Below, in pieces: positions 8,672 to 18,473 of a DNA stretch of 64,000 nucleotides (position 1 is the stretch's first letter; each line of letters starts with the position of its first letter). The notes under the pieces were generated by a model. It ran no database searches and was not told the DNA's origin. It was given only the letters and a program-made list of their open reading frames with translations. Both the position numbers and the translations under genes were made by a program. Source of the stretch: an uncultured delta proteobacterium (GTDB taxonomy: Bacteria > Desulfobacterota > RBG-13-43-22); assembly GCA_963716045.1 (NCBI GenBank), contig CAVQSS010000009.1:128852-192851 (forward strand). The letters are read 5' to 3'.

Positions 8672-9585
8672 GCGACATTAATTTGGGAACGTTCCCAGAC
8701 CTGCTTCCAGAAAAACTGAATGTTGCCTTCATTCCGGTTACGAAAGGGCCGGTCCAGCAGGCGCTGGGAGAGGGTCATAAAACTTTTCCCGGCCGGCGAT
8801 TCCGGAAATAGCTCCAGGACGGCCTTTTGTTTTCTGACCGCCTTGAGGACATGTTCATCCAGAGGAATAAACCCCAGGTAATCCAGAGAGACGCTGCCTA
8901 AGAACCGATCGGCCACCAGACTGATTTTTCTAAAAACTTCTTTGGCCTCCGGTTCATTGGCTACGGCATTGGCCAGGACAATAAAATGCTTTTTTTGATG
9001 CCGGGTGGCCAGCACCTTGATCAAGGCATAGGCGTCGGTCAGGGAAGTGGGCTCCGGGGTGATAATGATGATCGATTCCTGGGCGGCCAGGTTGAAATAG
9101 AGTACGTTGGCCGAGATTCCCGCTCCGGTGTCAATCAAGAGGACATCGATGCGTTGAGACAATTGATCCATCTCGTTCAACAGAAAAAGTTTCTGGCCCT
9201 CATTTAAGTCCGCCAGTTCCGGGATCCCGGACCCGGCCGGCAGGATCACCATCCCTTCCGGACCCGGGACTAATATATCCTGCAGTCGCTTCTGACCGGT
9301 CAGCAGATGCTCGATGGTATAGCGGGGAGTCAATCCGAGTAAAATATCAATATTCGCCAATCCCAAGTCGGCATCCAGGATCAGCACCCGCTTCCCTAAC
9401 CGGGTCAGGGCCAAAGCCAGGTTGGCTACAATATTGGTTTTCCCCACCCCGCCCTTGCCGCTGGAAATGGAGATCACCTGCGGGCTGTTTGCCTGCGGCG
9501 GCGAGGCGCTGGGATTCGACCGCAGGGCCTTAAATGCTACCGGGGTGCCGTTGATCATGTTCCTTAAACCTTCCGCTTGATCCAT
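8668..9585 (-). CDS. flhG: MinD/ParA-type flagellar number regulator FlhG (FleN/YlxH)
   Basis: Deviant Walker A SSGKGGVGKTNIVANLA. The start is taken at the internal ATG at 9585 (MDQAEGLRNM...), because the 362-aa track ORF would overlap flhF by about 160 nt. Confidence 0.9.
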   Translation of the reverse strand: MDQAEGLRNMINGTPVAFKALRSNPSASPPQANSPQVISISSGKGGVGKTNIVANLALALTRLGKRVLILDADLGLANIDILLGLTPRYTIEHLLTGQKRLQDILVPGPEGMVILPAGSGIPELADLNEGQKLFLLNEMDQLSQRIDVLLIDTGAGISANVLYFNLAAQESIIIITPEPTSLTDAYALIKVLATRHQKKHFIVLANAVANEPEAKEVFRKISLVADRFLGSVSLDYLGFIPLDEHVLKAVRKQKAVLELFPESPAGKSFMTLSQRLLDRPFRNRNEGNIQFFWKQVWERSQINVA

Positions 9586-9598
9586 CCGGGATTCCTTA

Positions 9599-10621
9599 TC
9601 AATTCCAATGAATTTGATTGGATAATAATCGGACGATCCGGGATTTGGTAACCTGCTCCAAATCCTCGGGTACCCGCTGGCCGTGGGTAAAATAGGCCAA
9701 GGGACGTCGGGTCGGCACCAACTGGTTGAACAACGGAAGATATTGGTCCGTTTCATCCAGTTTGGTGCAGATATATCCTTCCAGGGGGAGGCAGCCGAAT
9801 CCGGAGATGATTTTTTTTAAGTCCCCTTCTTTCGTGGTGGCGCTGACTACCAGGTGGCTCCCGATAACCGGGGAAACAGTCAGAAAGTCCCGTAACTCAT
9901 CCAGCATTCCGGTGTTATTGGGACTTCGGCCCGCGGTATCGATCAGCACCAGATCCTGCTCGCCCCGCTCTTCCAGACAGGATTTTAACTCCTTCGGGCT
10001 GGCCGCCACCTTTAGGGGAAGACCCAGGATGCGGGCGTAAGTCGCCAATTGTTCCACCGCTCCAATGCGATAGGTGTCTATAGTCAACAGCAGGACTTTT
10101 TGAGACCGCTTTAAACTGAAATGAGCGGCCAGCTTGGCGATGGTGGTCGTTTTTCCCACTCCGGTGGGGCCGACCAGGGCATAGACCCGTCCTTCGGTCC
10201 GTTGCGGGCCGGCTACTTCCACCCCGTCCGCCAGTCTTCGGACCAGGTAATCCTGGATTGTTTCTCCCCCGGGGCGTTTTTCCTTTTCGGAAAGGGCGTT
10301 GAGCTCCCGGATCAGCGGGTTCACCCAATCCGGGGAAAGCCCGCAGGCCAGAAGTTTTTCCAGTATCCGATTGGGCGGCGGCGGCGTCCGTTCCTCCGGG
10401 TAGGCTTTTTGGTTTCGGAAAGGCGCCCGGGGCTTGGGATTAGGGAATTCCGGCGACGGGTCGGAGTCCATGGCGGCCACGATTTCAAAAATCGACTGCT
10501 GTGGCTGGCTGGGGTTCCGGATCGAACGGGAGGACAAGATCAAGGCCTCCGGCCCCAGAACGGCCTTGACCTGTTTCATGGCCTCTTGTCTGTTTTCGGC
10601 TTCAAACCTTCGGATTTTCAT
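9599..10621 (-). CDS. flhF: SRP-like flagellar GTPase FlhF
   Basis: 340 aa. G1 motif LVGPTGVGKTTTIAKLA, plus DLVLIDTAGRS and TKLDET. Confidence 0.9.
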   Translation of the reverse strand: MKIRRFEAENRQEAMKQVKAVLGPEALILSSRSIRNPSQPQQSIFEIVAAMDSDPSPEFPNPKPRAPFRNQKAYPEERTPPPPNRILEKLLACGLSPDWVNPLIRELNALSEKEKRPGGETIQDYLVRRLADGVEVAGPQRTEGRVYALVGPTGVGKTTTIAKLAAHFSLKRSQKVLLLTIDTYRIGAVEQLATYARILGLPLKVAASPKELKSCLEERGEQDLVLIDTAGRSPNNTGMLDELRDFLTVSPVIGSHLVVSATTKEGDLKKIISGFGCLPLEGYICTKLDETDQYLPLFNQLVPTRRPLAYFTHGQRVPEDLEQVTKSRIVRLLSNQIHWN

Positions 10622-12720
10622 TGGCTGATGGTCACCGTACCTAAGGATTGAATTTTGGATTTGGCGGTCAGCTCATTATGGGAGATGACCACCACTTGGG
10701 GCATAAACCGATCCAGCAGTTTTTTCAAATGGCGCCGAATCGGGGGTGAACAGAGAATAATCGGTTGGTAGTTCAAGTGAACGGTTTTTTCCAGGGTCTG
10801 GTTGATGCTGACCAGAATTCGCTGGGCCAGACTGGGGTCCAGGGAAAGATAGGCGGCCTGGTCCACTTTCTGAATGCCGTCCCGGAGAATGTCTTCCAGG
10901 TGCTGATCCAGGGTGACCAGCGGCAAGACCCCTTCGCCGGTTTCATATTGTTTCAGGATGGAGCGGGCGATTTTTTGACGAACGTACTCGGTCAGGATAT
11001 CCGGATCTTTGGTGATCGAGCCGTAATCGGCCAAGGTTTCAACAATCGTCAGCAGATCCCTGATGGAAACCCGTTCTTTCAATAAATTCTGTAAAACTCT
11101 CTGAATTATACCGAGGGTAAGCAGGTTGGGGGTTAATTCATCCACCGATTTGGGGTAACTCTGGGCCAGGTGGTCCAGTAATTTTTGTACATCCTGGCGG
11201 CTCAGCAATTCCTGAGCATGGCTCCGGATGACTTCCGTTAGATGGGTGGCGATGATGGTCGAGATATCCACGACCGTATAACCGGCAAACTGGGCCTCGT
11301 CTTTTCTTTTTTCGGAGATCCACAAGGCCGGGAGTTGAAAGGCGGGCTCCTGGGTGGGAATCCCCTCGATGACGTTTTTCACTTCGCCGGGGTTCAGGGC
11401 CAGGCAATAACCCAACATCATTTCTCCTCTAGCCACTTCATTGTTTTTGATCAGAAACCGATATTCCCCCGGTTTTAACTGCAAGTTGTCCCGGACCCGC
11501 AGCGGGGAGACAATAAACCCCATTTCCAAAGCGAACTGGCGTCGGATGGAACGGATCCGTTCCAGGAGATTTCCCTGTTGTTCTTCATCCACCAGGGGGA
11601 TCAACCCGTAGCCCACCTCCAATTCCAGCAGGTCCAGATGCAGCAGGGATTCGATCTGCTCGGCGGGCTGAGCGGCAGACTTCTTGGGTTCCCCCGCAGC
11701 CAGCCCTTCCGCCAGCCGCTTTTGTTCCCGGAAGACCAGAACCGCCAGAAAGCCGATAATCAACGACAGACTGATAAAGGCGACGTGGGGCAGTCCGGGT
11801 ATCAGTCCGAAGAAGAAAAGGATGCCGGCGGAGAGGCTGATGGCTTGGGGCTGGAGTTTGAACTGCTTCCCTAGTTCTTTTCCCATGCTGTGTTCGGAGG
11901 CGGCCCGGGTGACGATGATACCGGCGGCCGTGGAAATCATCAGGGCCGGGATCTGGGTCACCAAGGCGTCGCCGATAGTCAGGATGGTGTAGTTCTGGGC
12001 GGCCACGGCCAGTGATAAAGATTGCTGCAGCACCCCGATGATGAATCCGCCGCCGATATTGATCAGGATGATAATGATTCCGGCAATAGCCTCCCCGCGA
12101 ACGAATTTACTGGCCCCGTCCATGGCCCCGTAAAATTCGGCCTCCCGGGCGATCTGGCCCCGCCGGCTGCGGGCCTCCCGGTCGTCGATCAACCCGGCGT
12201 TCAGGTCGGCATCGATGGCCATCTGCTTCCCCGGCATGGCATCCAGGGTAAAGCGGGCCGCCACTTCGGCGATTCGGCCGCTGCCCTTGGTAATGACCAC
12301 AAAATTGATAATGACCAGGATGCTGAAGATGATGAACCCCACCAGGAAATTACCGCCCACCACGAAATTGCCAAAAGATTTAATCACCTGCCCGGCGGCC
12401 CCGCCGCCCTCGTTGCCGTGAAGGAGGATCAGACGGGTGGAGGCCACGTTCAAGGAGAGCCGGAACAGGGTAGTGACCAGCAAGATGGAGGGGAACGTGG
12501 AGAATTCCAGGGGTTTGGTAATGTAGGTGGAGGTCAATAAAATCACCAGAGAGCAGGTGATGCTGAGGGACAAAAGGATATCCAAAATGAAAGCCGGCAA
12601 AGGGATGATCATGACCAGAAGAATGGCCACCACCCCGACCCCCATCATCATATCGACCTGGTCTAAACGGATTTTTCCCCTAAGGAGCGGAACGGCCGGG
12701 GCTAAGGAATCAACCGCCAT
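10618..12720 (-). CDS. flhA: Flagellar export gate protein FlhA
   Basis: 700 aa. N-terminal TM domain with FPSILLVTTLFRLSLNVASTRLIL and RIAEVAARFTLDAMPGKQMAIDADL, followed by a large cytoplasmic C-domain. Confidence 0.97.
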   Translation of the reverse strand: MAVDSLAPAVPLLRGKIRLDQVDMMMGVGVVAILLVMIIPLPAFILDILLSLSITCSLVILLTSTYITKPLEFSTFPSILLVTTLFRLSLNVASTRLILLHGNEGGGAAGQVIKSFGNFVVGGNFLVGFIIFSILVIINFVVITKGSGRIAEVAARFTLDAMPGKQMAIDADLNAGLIDDREARSRRGQIAREAEFYGAMDGASKFVRGEAIAGIIIILINIGGGFIIGVLQQSLSLAVAAQNYTILTIGDALVTQIPALMISTAAGIIVTRAASEHSMGKELGKQFKLQPQAISLSAGILFFFGLIPGLPHVAFISLSLIIGFLAVLVFREQKRLAEGLAAGEPKKSAAQPAEQIESLLHLDLLELEVGYGLIPLVDEEQQGNLLERIRSIRRQFALEMGFIVSPLRVRDNLQLKPGEYRFLIKNNEVARGEMMLGYCLALNPGEVKNVIEGIPTQEPAFQLPALWISEKRKDEAQFAGYTVVDISTIIATHLTEVIRSHAQELLSRQDVQKLLDHLAQSYPKSVDELTPNLLTLGIIQRVLQNLLKERVSIRDLLTIVETLADYGSITKDPDILTEYVRQKIARSILKQYETGEGVLPLVTLDQHLEDILRDGIQKVDQAAYLSLDPSLAQRILVSINQTLEKTVHLNYQPIILCSPPIRRHLKKLLDRFMPQVVVISHNELTAKSKIQSLGTVTISQ

Positions 12721-12776
12721 GGCGCCCTCCGGGAATCGTCTTTAAGCCAAATAAAAATAGGAGTTTCATGCGTTTT

Positions 12777-13844
12777 TTAGATCCTCTTGTTTTTAAGCCG
12801 GTAGACATAGGCTAAAATTTCCGCTACTACCTGGTAGAGACTGGGGGGGATCATCTGTCCCAAATCCACGGTTTTAAAGAGGGCTTGGGCCAGGGATTTG
12901 TTCTCCAGGATGGGAATGCCATGGCTCCGGGCGATTTCTTTGATCTTCTCAGCCAGGAAGTTCGCCCCCTTGGCCGACACCAGCGGAGCGACCATTTCCC
13001 CGCTGCGATAGGTCACGGCTATGGCCAAATGGGTCGGGTTGGTGATGATCACATCGGCCTTGGGAACCTCGGCCATCATCCTGCGGCGGGCCATTTCCCT
13101 TTGGAGGCTGCGCACCCGCGACTTGATCAGCGGGTCCCCCTCGGTCTGCTTAAACTCTTCCTTTAACTCCTGATGGGTCATGCGCAGCTTCTTTTCGTGC
13201 TGAAGCCGCTGGAAAAGATAGTCCAGACCGGCCAGCAAGGCCATCACCAGGGTCGACTTGATGAAGATATTGAAGGACACCCGACTGATATAGGCAAAGA
13301 TGGCGGGTAATTCCTGATCGGTAAGGGGCAGGATTTCTTTCAACTCTGAGGCGATGGTAGAATAGGCCACATAGCCGATAATCACCAGTTTCAGCAGGGA
13401 CTTGAGCATCTCCACCCAGGATTGGATCGAAAAAAGACGCTTCAGGCCCTTAAAGATATTGATCTTGGAAAAGTCGGGTTTGATGAGTTCCACGGAAAAC
13501 AGGGAACCGACCTGGATATAGTTGGCCAGAACGGCCATGGCCAGGACCGCAACCATCAGGGGAGCCAGGGCCGCCAGGAGGAAAGTGATCATCTCCTGAC
13601 CCAAGGCCTGGACCGACGAGGGAGTGATCGAGAGCGTTCCGGCCCGTCCCAGCATCTGGGCCGTGAAGTTCGCCATACTTATCGTTAAATGCCGACCGAT
13701 TAAAAAAAGGACCAGCAGCCCGGTCATCAACACCAGGACCGAAGGGATTTCCCGGCTCTTGGCGACCTGCCCTTTTTTACGGGCCTCCTCCCGCCGCCGC
13801 GGCGTTGCCTGTTCGCTTTTTTCCCCGGAAAATTCTTCAGCCAT
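12777..13844 (-). CDS. flhB: Flagellar export switch protein FlhB
   Basis: 355 aa. N-terminus EKSEQATPRRREEARKKGQVAKSREI, four TM helices, and the autocleavage motif VIITNPTHLAIAV. Confidence 0.95.
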   Translation of the reverse strand: MAEEFSGEKSEQATPRRREEARKKGQVAKSREIPSVLVLMTGLLVLFLIGRHLTISMANFTAQMLGRAGTLSITPSSVQALGQEMITFLLAALAPLMVAVLAMAVLANYIQVGSLFSVELIKPDFSKINIFKGLKRLFSIQSWVEMLKSLLKLVIIGYVAYSTIASELKEILPLTDQELPAIFAYISRVSFNIFIKSTLVMALLAGLDYLFQRLQHEKKLRMTHQELKEEFKQTEGDPLIKSRVRSLQREMARRRMMAEVPKADVIITNPTHLAIAVTYRSGEMVAPLVSAKGANFLAEKIKEIARSHGIPILENKSLAQALFKTVDLGQMIPPSLYQVVAEILAYVYRLKNKRI

Positions 13845-13846
13845 GG

Positions 13847-14638
13847 TTACCTTCCCAGCAGGGGGAGAACGGTTTTTACCATCCCCCGCCCCGTTTCTTC
13901 AAACAGGGATTGATAATAGGGGGCGAACAGTTCGATCGATAAGGCCAGAAACAGCAGGCCCAGGCCGATGGTCAAGGGAAAACTGGCCATCAGCAGGTTG
14001 ATTTGGGGAACCATCTTGGCCGTCAGACCCAGGGCCATATGGACAAAAAGGATAATGGCCATGACCGGGGCCACCAGCTTGATGGCGATGACGAACATCT
14101 TCCCGGAAAGCTGCAAAATGTATTCATATAAGCCGGCCCGAATCTGCAACACCCCCGGGTCAATCTCCCGGAAACTTTCCACCAGGGTCTTAAAAAACCA
14201 GTGGTGTCCGTTTAGGGCCAGGAAAAACAACAGGGCCACGAGATAATTGAACTCGGCCGTCACCGTGTTGTTCACCCCGGACTGGGGGTCAAACAGACTG
14301 GCCATGGCCAGTCCCATCTGATAACCCATGAATTCCCCGGCTAACTGGATCCCGGCGAAGATCAGCTTAAGGGTCAGCCCCAGGATGAGGCCGATCATCA
14401 GCTCGGCGATCAGATACCAGCCGAAGCCCACCGGTTCAAACAGGGCGGCCGAAACTTCCACCTTGACCAGCGGCAGCAGGATCAGACTGATCACCAGGGC
14501 CAAACCGATCTTGACCAGGGTGGGCACATAGCGTGTGCCCAGGATCGGCATCATAAACAGGACCGCGGCCACCCGGGTCAGGACGATGATGAAAGCCTGA
14601 AATTGCGTCAGAGACCAGTTCAACCAGGGAATCGGCAC
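13847..14638 (-). CDS. fliR: Flagellar export apparatus protein FliR
   Basis: 263-aa polytopic membrane protein. It sits between fliQ and flhB. The FIIVLTRVAAVLFMMPILG N-terminus is typical. Confidence 0.9.
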   Translation of the reverse strand: MPIPWLNWSLTQFQAFIIVLTRVAAVLFMMPILGTRYVPTLVKIGLALVISLILLPLVKVEVSAALFEPVGFGWYLIAELMIGLILGLTLKLIFAGIQLAGEFMGYQMGLAMASLFDPQSGVNNTVTAEFNYLVALLFFLALNGHHWFFKTLVESFREIDPGVLQIRAGLYEYILQLSGKMFVIAIKLVAPVMAIILFVHMALGLTAKMVPQINLLMASFPLTIGLGLLFLALSIELFAPYYQSLFEETGRGMVKTVLPLLGR

Positions 14639-14645
14639 GGTTTCC

Positions 14646-14915
14646 TCATTTGGCGTAGAGGGGAATGTTGAGGATCAGTTGTTCGGTATAGGCCGTCATC
14701 TTATTCATCATCCAGGGCAGCATGAAAAGCAGGACCAGCAACGTGGCGATGATCTTGGGCACTAAGACCAGGGTCATCTCCTGGATCTGGGTCAGGGACT
14801 GCAGCAAGCCGATTCCCACGCCGATAATCAGTCCCACGGCCAGCATGGGCAAGGAGATCAGCAAGGTCAACTCCACGGTCTCTTTGGCCAGGCTGATTAC
14901 CATTTCCGGGGTCAT
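14646..14915 (-). CDS. fliQ: Flagellar export apparatus protein FliQ
   Basis: 89 aa with two TM helices. Contains LLQSLTQIQEMTLVLVPKI. Confidence 0.95.
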   Translation of the reverse strand: MTPEMVISLAKETVELTLLISLPMLAVGLIIGVGIGLLQSLTQIQEMTLVLVPKIIATLLVLLFMLPWMMNKMTAYTEQLILNIPLYAK

Positions 14916-14931
14916 GAAGGCACCTCGCTCC

Positions 14932-15705
14932 TTATAGGAAACTCTTTACCAGAGAACCCACAATTAAATGCCAGCCGTCCACCAGCACAAACAACAGGAC
15001 CTTGAACGGCAGGGAGATCATCACCGGCGGCAGCATCATCATGCCCATGGACAAGAGGATGCTGGACACCACCAAATCGATCACTAAAAAAGGGAGAAAG
15101 AGGACAAAACCGATTTGAAAGGCGGTTTTCAATTCGCTGATCATAAAGGCCGGGACCAGAACCATGGTCGGGATGTCCTCGGTATTCTTGGGCTTGATGA
15201 TTTTGGCCAGGTTGACGAACAGGGCCAGGTCCTTTTCCCGAGTCTGTTTGAACATAAAGGCCCGGACCGGCTTGGCCGCCGCCTCCAGGGCCTGTTCCTG
15301 ATTGATGGTTTTTTTCATATAAGGGTCCCAGGCGGTAGTCTTGACCGTTTGCCAGACCGGGGTCATAATAAAAAAGGTCAAAAACAGGGACAAGCCGATC
15401 AGGATCTGGTTGGGGGGCATCTGCTGCGTGCCGATGGCATGGCGTAAAAAGGAAAAAACTATGGCCAAGCGGGTGAAGGAGGTCATCATGATCAGGATCG
15501 CCGGGGCCAGCGAAAGGACCGTCAAGAGGAAAAGAATTTGGATCAGGACCGAAACCTCCCCCGGATTTTTCGCCTCCCCCAAGCCGATATTCAAGGCGGG
15601 AAGAGGCAAGCCGGAGCCCTGCCCCCAGCAGAGGGCAGGCGTCAATACGACCGTCCAGCCTGCTGCCATTACCGCGATGATTAAGAAAAGGCGCTTATTT
15701 CCCAC
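14932..15705 (-). CDS. fliP: Flagellar export apparatus protein FliP
   Basis: 257 aa. Contains LLTVLSLAPAILIMMTSFTRLAIVFSFLRHAIGTQQMPPNQILIGLSLFLTFFIM. Confidence 0.95.
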   Translation of the reverse strand: MGNKRLFLIIAVMAAGWTVVLTPALCWGQGSGLPLPALNIGLGEAKNPGEVSVLIQILFLLTVLSLAPAILIMMTSFTRLAIVFSFLRHAIGTQQMPPNQILIGLSLFLTFFIMTPVWQTVKTTAWDPYMKKTINQEQALEAAAKPVRAFMFKQTREKDLALFVNLAKIIKPKNTEDIPTMVLVPAFMISELKTAFQIGFVLFLPFLVIDLVVSSILLSMGMMMLPPVMISLPFKVLLFVLVDGWHLIVGSLVKSFL

Positions 15706-15709
15706 GCGT

Positions 15710-16093
15710 TTAACCCCTGCGTTCCTCGGAGGAGGACGCGGTCTTTCTTTTCTTTAACGGAAAATTCCCTATCCAGGCGGGCAGTGTGCCTGCGGGACCG
15801 GAAGAAGTCCCCCGTCTCCATTTTTCCAGCCATTCCGGGTTTTCAATTTTCGTCAGGTAACTGATCTGGGCTTCAGAAATCCCCAAGGCCAGCACTTCTC
15901 CGCCTATTTCCACTAAAGAAATGTACTTGCGGGGAGAGATCGGTTTGGTAGTCAGGACCCGAATGTCAAAATCCGCGGGGAGATCTTTTCGGACCAGGGG
16001 GGTACGCTTCAAGACCCGGACCAGCAGAAACAGCAGGCCCAACACCAGGCTCAGGGCAAACAACATTTTAAACACTACCCAGCCCATGCCCAA
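15710..16093 (-). CDS. fliO: Flagellar protein FliO/FliZ
   Basis: 127 aa with a single N-terminal TM helix. Contains ISLVEIGGEVLALGISEAQISYL. It sits directly upstream of fliP. Confidence 0.7.
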   Translation of the reverse strand: MGMGWVVFKMLFALSLVLGLLFLLVRVLKRTPLVRKDLPADFDIRVLTTKPISPRKYISLVEIGGEVLALGISEAQISYLTKIENPEWLEKWRRGTSSGPAGTLPAWIGNFPLKKRKTASSSEERRG

Positions 16094-16099
16094 TCCCTC

Positions 16100-16477
16100 T
16101 CAGCCCAACCGTTTGACCCGTTCGGTGGGGCTGATGATATCCGTCAGCCGGATGCCGAATTTTTCGTTCACCACCACCACCTCCCCCCGGGCGATCAGTT
16201 TCTGATTGACCAGCACTTCCAGCGGTTCGCCGGCCAGTTTGGTCAATTCGATGACCGAACCCTGGCCCAATTGCAGCAGGTCGCTGATCAACATTTTTGA
16301 CCGGCCCAGTTCCACCGAGACCTCCATGGGGATATCCAGGATGAAGTCCAGGTTGGTAGAGGTCGGCGCGCCGGGTTCAGGGGACCGGTTATCCAGGGGA
16401 TCCAATTCCATCTCCATGACTTCCTGCAGTTCCTCTTCATTCAGGAGGGTCACTTTTTCTTGCTCTTCCATCGTCAA
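16100..16477 (-). CDS. fliN: Flagellar motor switch protein FliN
   Basis: 125 aa. SpoA domain: LDIPMEVSVELGRSKMLISDLLQLGQGSVIELTKLAGEPLEVLVNQKLIARGEVVVVNEKFGIRLTDI. Confidence 0.92.
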   Translation of the reverse strand: MTMEEQEKVTLLNEEELQEVMEMELDPLDNRSPEPGAPTSTNLDFILDIPMEVSVELGRSKMLISDLLQLGQGSVIELTKLAGEPLEVLVNQKLIARGEVVVVNEKFGIRLTDIISPTERVKRLG

Positions 16478-16483
16478 CCTCTT

Positions 16484-17467
16484 TCAACCATTACGGTGCG
16501 GGGATATCTTATCTTTAACCTGGAAGGCCTTGTTCGCCCCGTACAGTCCGGAGTGTCCCAGATATTTGGGGACTCCCTGTACTTTAGCGATCAGGCAATC
16601 GTTGGCCTCGGTATTGAGAACCAGGGTGTCGCCTATTTTCAGATTCAGCAGGTCCTTCACCTTAAGCTGGGTCCGCCCCAGTTCCACAACCAAGTCGATT
16701 TCCGCCTGTTGGATCCCGGCTTCAAAGCGCCGGATCCAGCCTTTATCAATCGCCAGCCTATCCGGCTGGTACCCGGAATAGAGCTTGCTTTTAATCGGCT
16801 CCAGCAGAGCATAGGGGATGCAGATGTTGATCAATCCGGTAAAGTGCTCCAGTTCCAACCCGAAGGTGGTCATGATCATCAGGTCGTTCGGCCCGACGAT
16901 ACTGACAAACTGGGGGTTGATTTCGCTGCGCACGTATTGAATACGCACCGGATGCACCGGATGCCAGGCTTTTTCCAATTCGGTCAGGATCATCACTACC
17001 ACCCGATAGATCAACCGGGATTCAATGGCCGTGAATTCCCGTCCCTCGATGCGGTAGGTCCCTTTCCCGGATCCCCCCAGGAAGACATCGATCAAAGTGA
17101 AAACCATCTTGGGATCCAGCACTAAAATGGCGTGCCCGCGCAGGGGGTCCATTTTGAAGATATGCAGGCTACTGGGGACGGGGAGGGTGCGGATGAATTC
17201 ACCGAATTTAATCATCTGGATTCCCTGAATGCTGACCTCCAGGATTTTCCGCAGCGCAGAAGAGAGGGTGGTGCGAATAAAGCGGGAGAACTGGTCATTG
17301 ATGATCTCCAGGGAAGGCATCCTTTCCCGGATGACGCGGTCTTGATTGGTCAGGTCATAGAGAACCACCCCCGAATCAGCCGGCTGATTCGGTTGCGTTG
17401 GGACCGCTCCCTCCTCTACGCCAAAGAGAAGGGCATCAATTTCTTCTTGAGATAATATTTTGCTCAT
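16484..17467 (-). CDS. fliM: Flagellar motor switch protein FliM
   Basis: 327 aa. N-terminal CheY-P binding motif LSQEEIDALL. Middle-domain and C-terminal SpoA-like regions are present. Confidence 0.95.
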   Translation of the reverse strand: MSKILSQEEIDALLFGVEEGAVPTQPNQPADSGVVLYDLTNQDRVIRERMPSLEIINDQFSRFIRTTLSSALRKILEVSIQGIQMIKFGEFIRTLPVPSSLHIFKMDPLRGHAILVLDPKMVFTLIDVFLGGSGKGTYRIEGREFTAIESRLIYRVVVMILTELEKAWHPVHPVRIQYVRSEINPQFVSIVGPNDLMIMTTFGLELEHFTGLINICIPYALLEPIKSKLYSGYQPDRLAIDKGWIRRFEAGIQQAEIDLVVELGRTQLKVKDLLNLKIGDTLVLNTEANDCLIAKVQGVPKYLGHSGLYGANKAFQVKDKISPHRNG

Positions 17468-18003
17468 TGGATGACGAATTCGGTGAAATAAACGGTTTTT
17501 ATTTTCAGTTCGACCAGGTTGGGATTAACCAAACGCAACATTTCCGCTTTCAATTTTTCCTTGCCGGAGGAATGAAACAGTTCTTCACTCCTTTTCTGGG
17601 ATAAAATGGTCAGGATGATATCCTTGATCAATGGCAGTTTCTTGGTAAATTCCTCGTTCGGTTCCGGCTTTTTGCTTTCCAGGCTGATTCGAATTTTCAA
17701 GTAACGGTTCTGATCGGCATCGGCCAGATTGACGATAAAAGGGTCCATGGCGTAAATGTGGCCCCGTTCCTCCTCAAGAGGTTTTTTATGGGCCGGCGAG
17801 CCTTTGGCCGGTTTGTGGTCAAAAAAATTAAGCGGCTCGGGCAGATACTCCGGGAGAAAATAGACGGCCGCCCCGCCCCCGGCAGCCAGCAGAATGAACG
17901 CCAGAGCCCCCAGAATCAGCCATTTTTTCAAAGACGATTTCCGCGGAACCGGGCTGCCTTCATCAAGAGGTTCAGGGGGAATTTCGGTTTTTATCTTAGC
18001 CAT
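17464..18003 (-). CDS. fliL: Flagellar basal-body protein FliL
   Basis: 179 aa with one TM helix. Contains DPFIVNLADADQNRYLKIRISLE...IKDIILTILSQKRSEEL. It is the first gene of the fliLMN... unit. Confidence 0.85.
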   Translation of the reverse strand: MAKIKTEIPPEPLDEGSPVPRKSSLKKWLILGALAFILLAAGGGAAVYFLPEYLPEPLNFFDHKPAKGSPAHKKPLEEERGHIYAMDPFIVNLADADQNRYLKIRISLESKKPEPNEEFTKKLPLIKDIILTILSQKRSEELFHSSGKEKLKAEMLRLVNPNLVELKIKTVYFTEFVIQ

Positions 18004-18095
18004 CGCCGTCCATCGGTTTCAGTGATAGGGTCGCAAACAGGAGCCCTCCTGGAAGAAGGGGATTATCTCCGGTGGCGACTTCGACTTTCTATTAA

Positions 18096-18110
18096 GCAAA
18101 GCCTATGCCA
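18096..18110 (-). promoter_or_regulatory. Sigma-54 promoter upstream of fliL
   Basis: The minus strand reads TGGCAT-AGGCT-TTGC. It lies about 93 nt upstream of the fliL ATG. Confidence 0.6.
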
Positions 18111-18192
18111 GATGGAATTCGAGCCCATATACCTTAACCAATTGTTATTTATAAGTTATTTTTTAGAAGGAAGCGGGCTGTCGGAGAGGGAT

Positions 18193-18226
18193 CGTCAATT
18201 CGAAGGGCAGGCGTCAATCTGTTGAC
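18193..18226 (-). promoter_or_regulatory. Candidate enhancer (UAS): GTCAA-N4-TTGAC palindrome plus an extra CGTCAAT half-site
   Basis: GTCAATCTGTTGAC lies at 18213-18226, with a CGTCAAT direct repeat at 18193-18199 and 18212-18218. The site is about 105-115 bp upstream of the fliL sigma-54 promoter. The same palindrome type occurs at the same distance from the promoter at 32776. Confidence 0.4.
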
Positions 18227-18473
18227 AGATGAGAGCAAGGGAGGGTTTTATATCTCTCCGCCCTTAAACAGCGCGAGGCGAGCAAGCTGCGGGCGGAGAT
18301 GAACTCCGCCCCTACGAAAGACCACTTTGTCATTCGCTATTCGAAACTTTTTTTTATTTACCTACTAACCCGAGGACCGAGCGGGAGGGTGTTGGATTAG
18401 GGGGATTTCAGGGTTACCCCGGGCAGGCGTCCACTTCTGACACCCGGGTCGAAGGCGATTTCTAAATATTGAT

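Noticed and set aside
8668-9756. A 362-aa version of FlhG
   Set aside because: The N-terminal 57 residues overlap flhF and look out-of-frame (rich in W, C, R, P). The MinD-like protein begins sensibly at the ATG at 9585.
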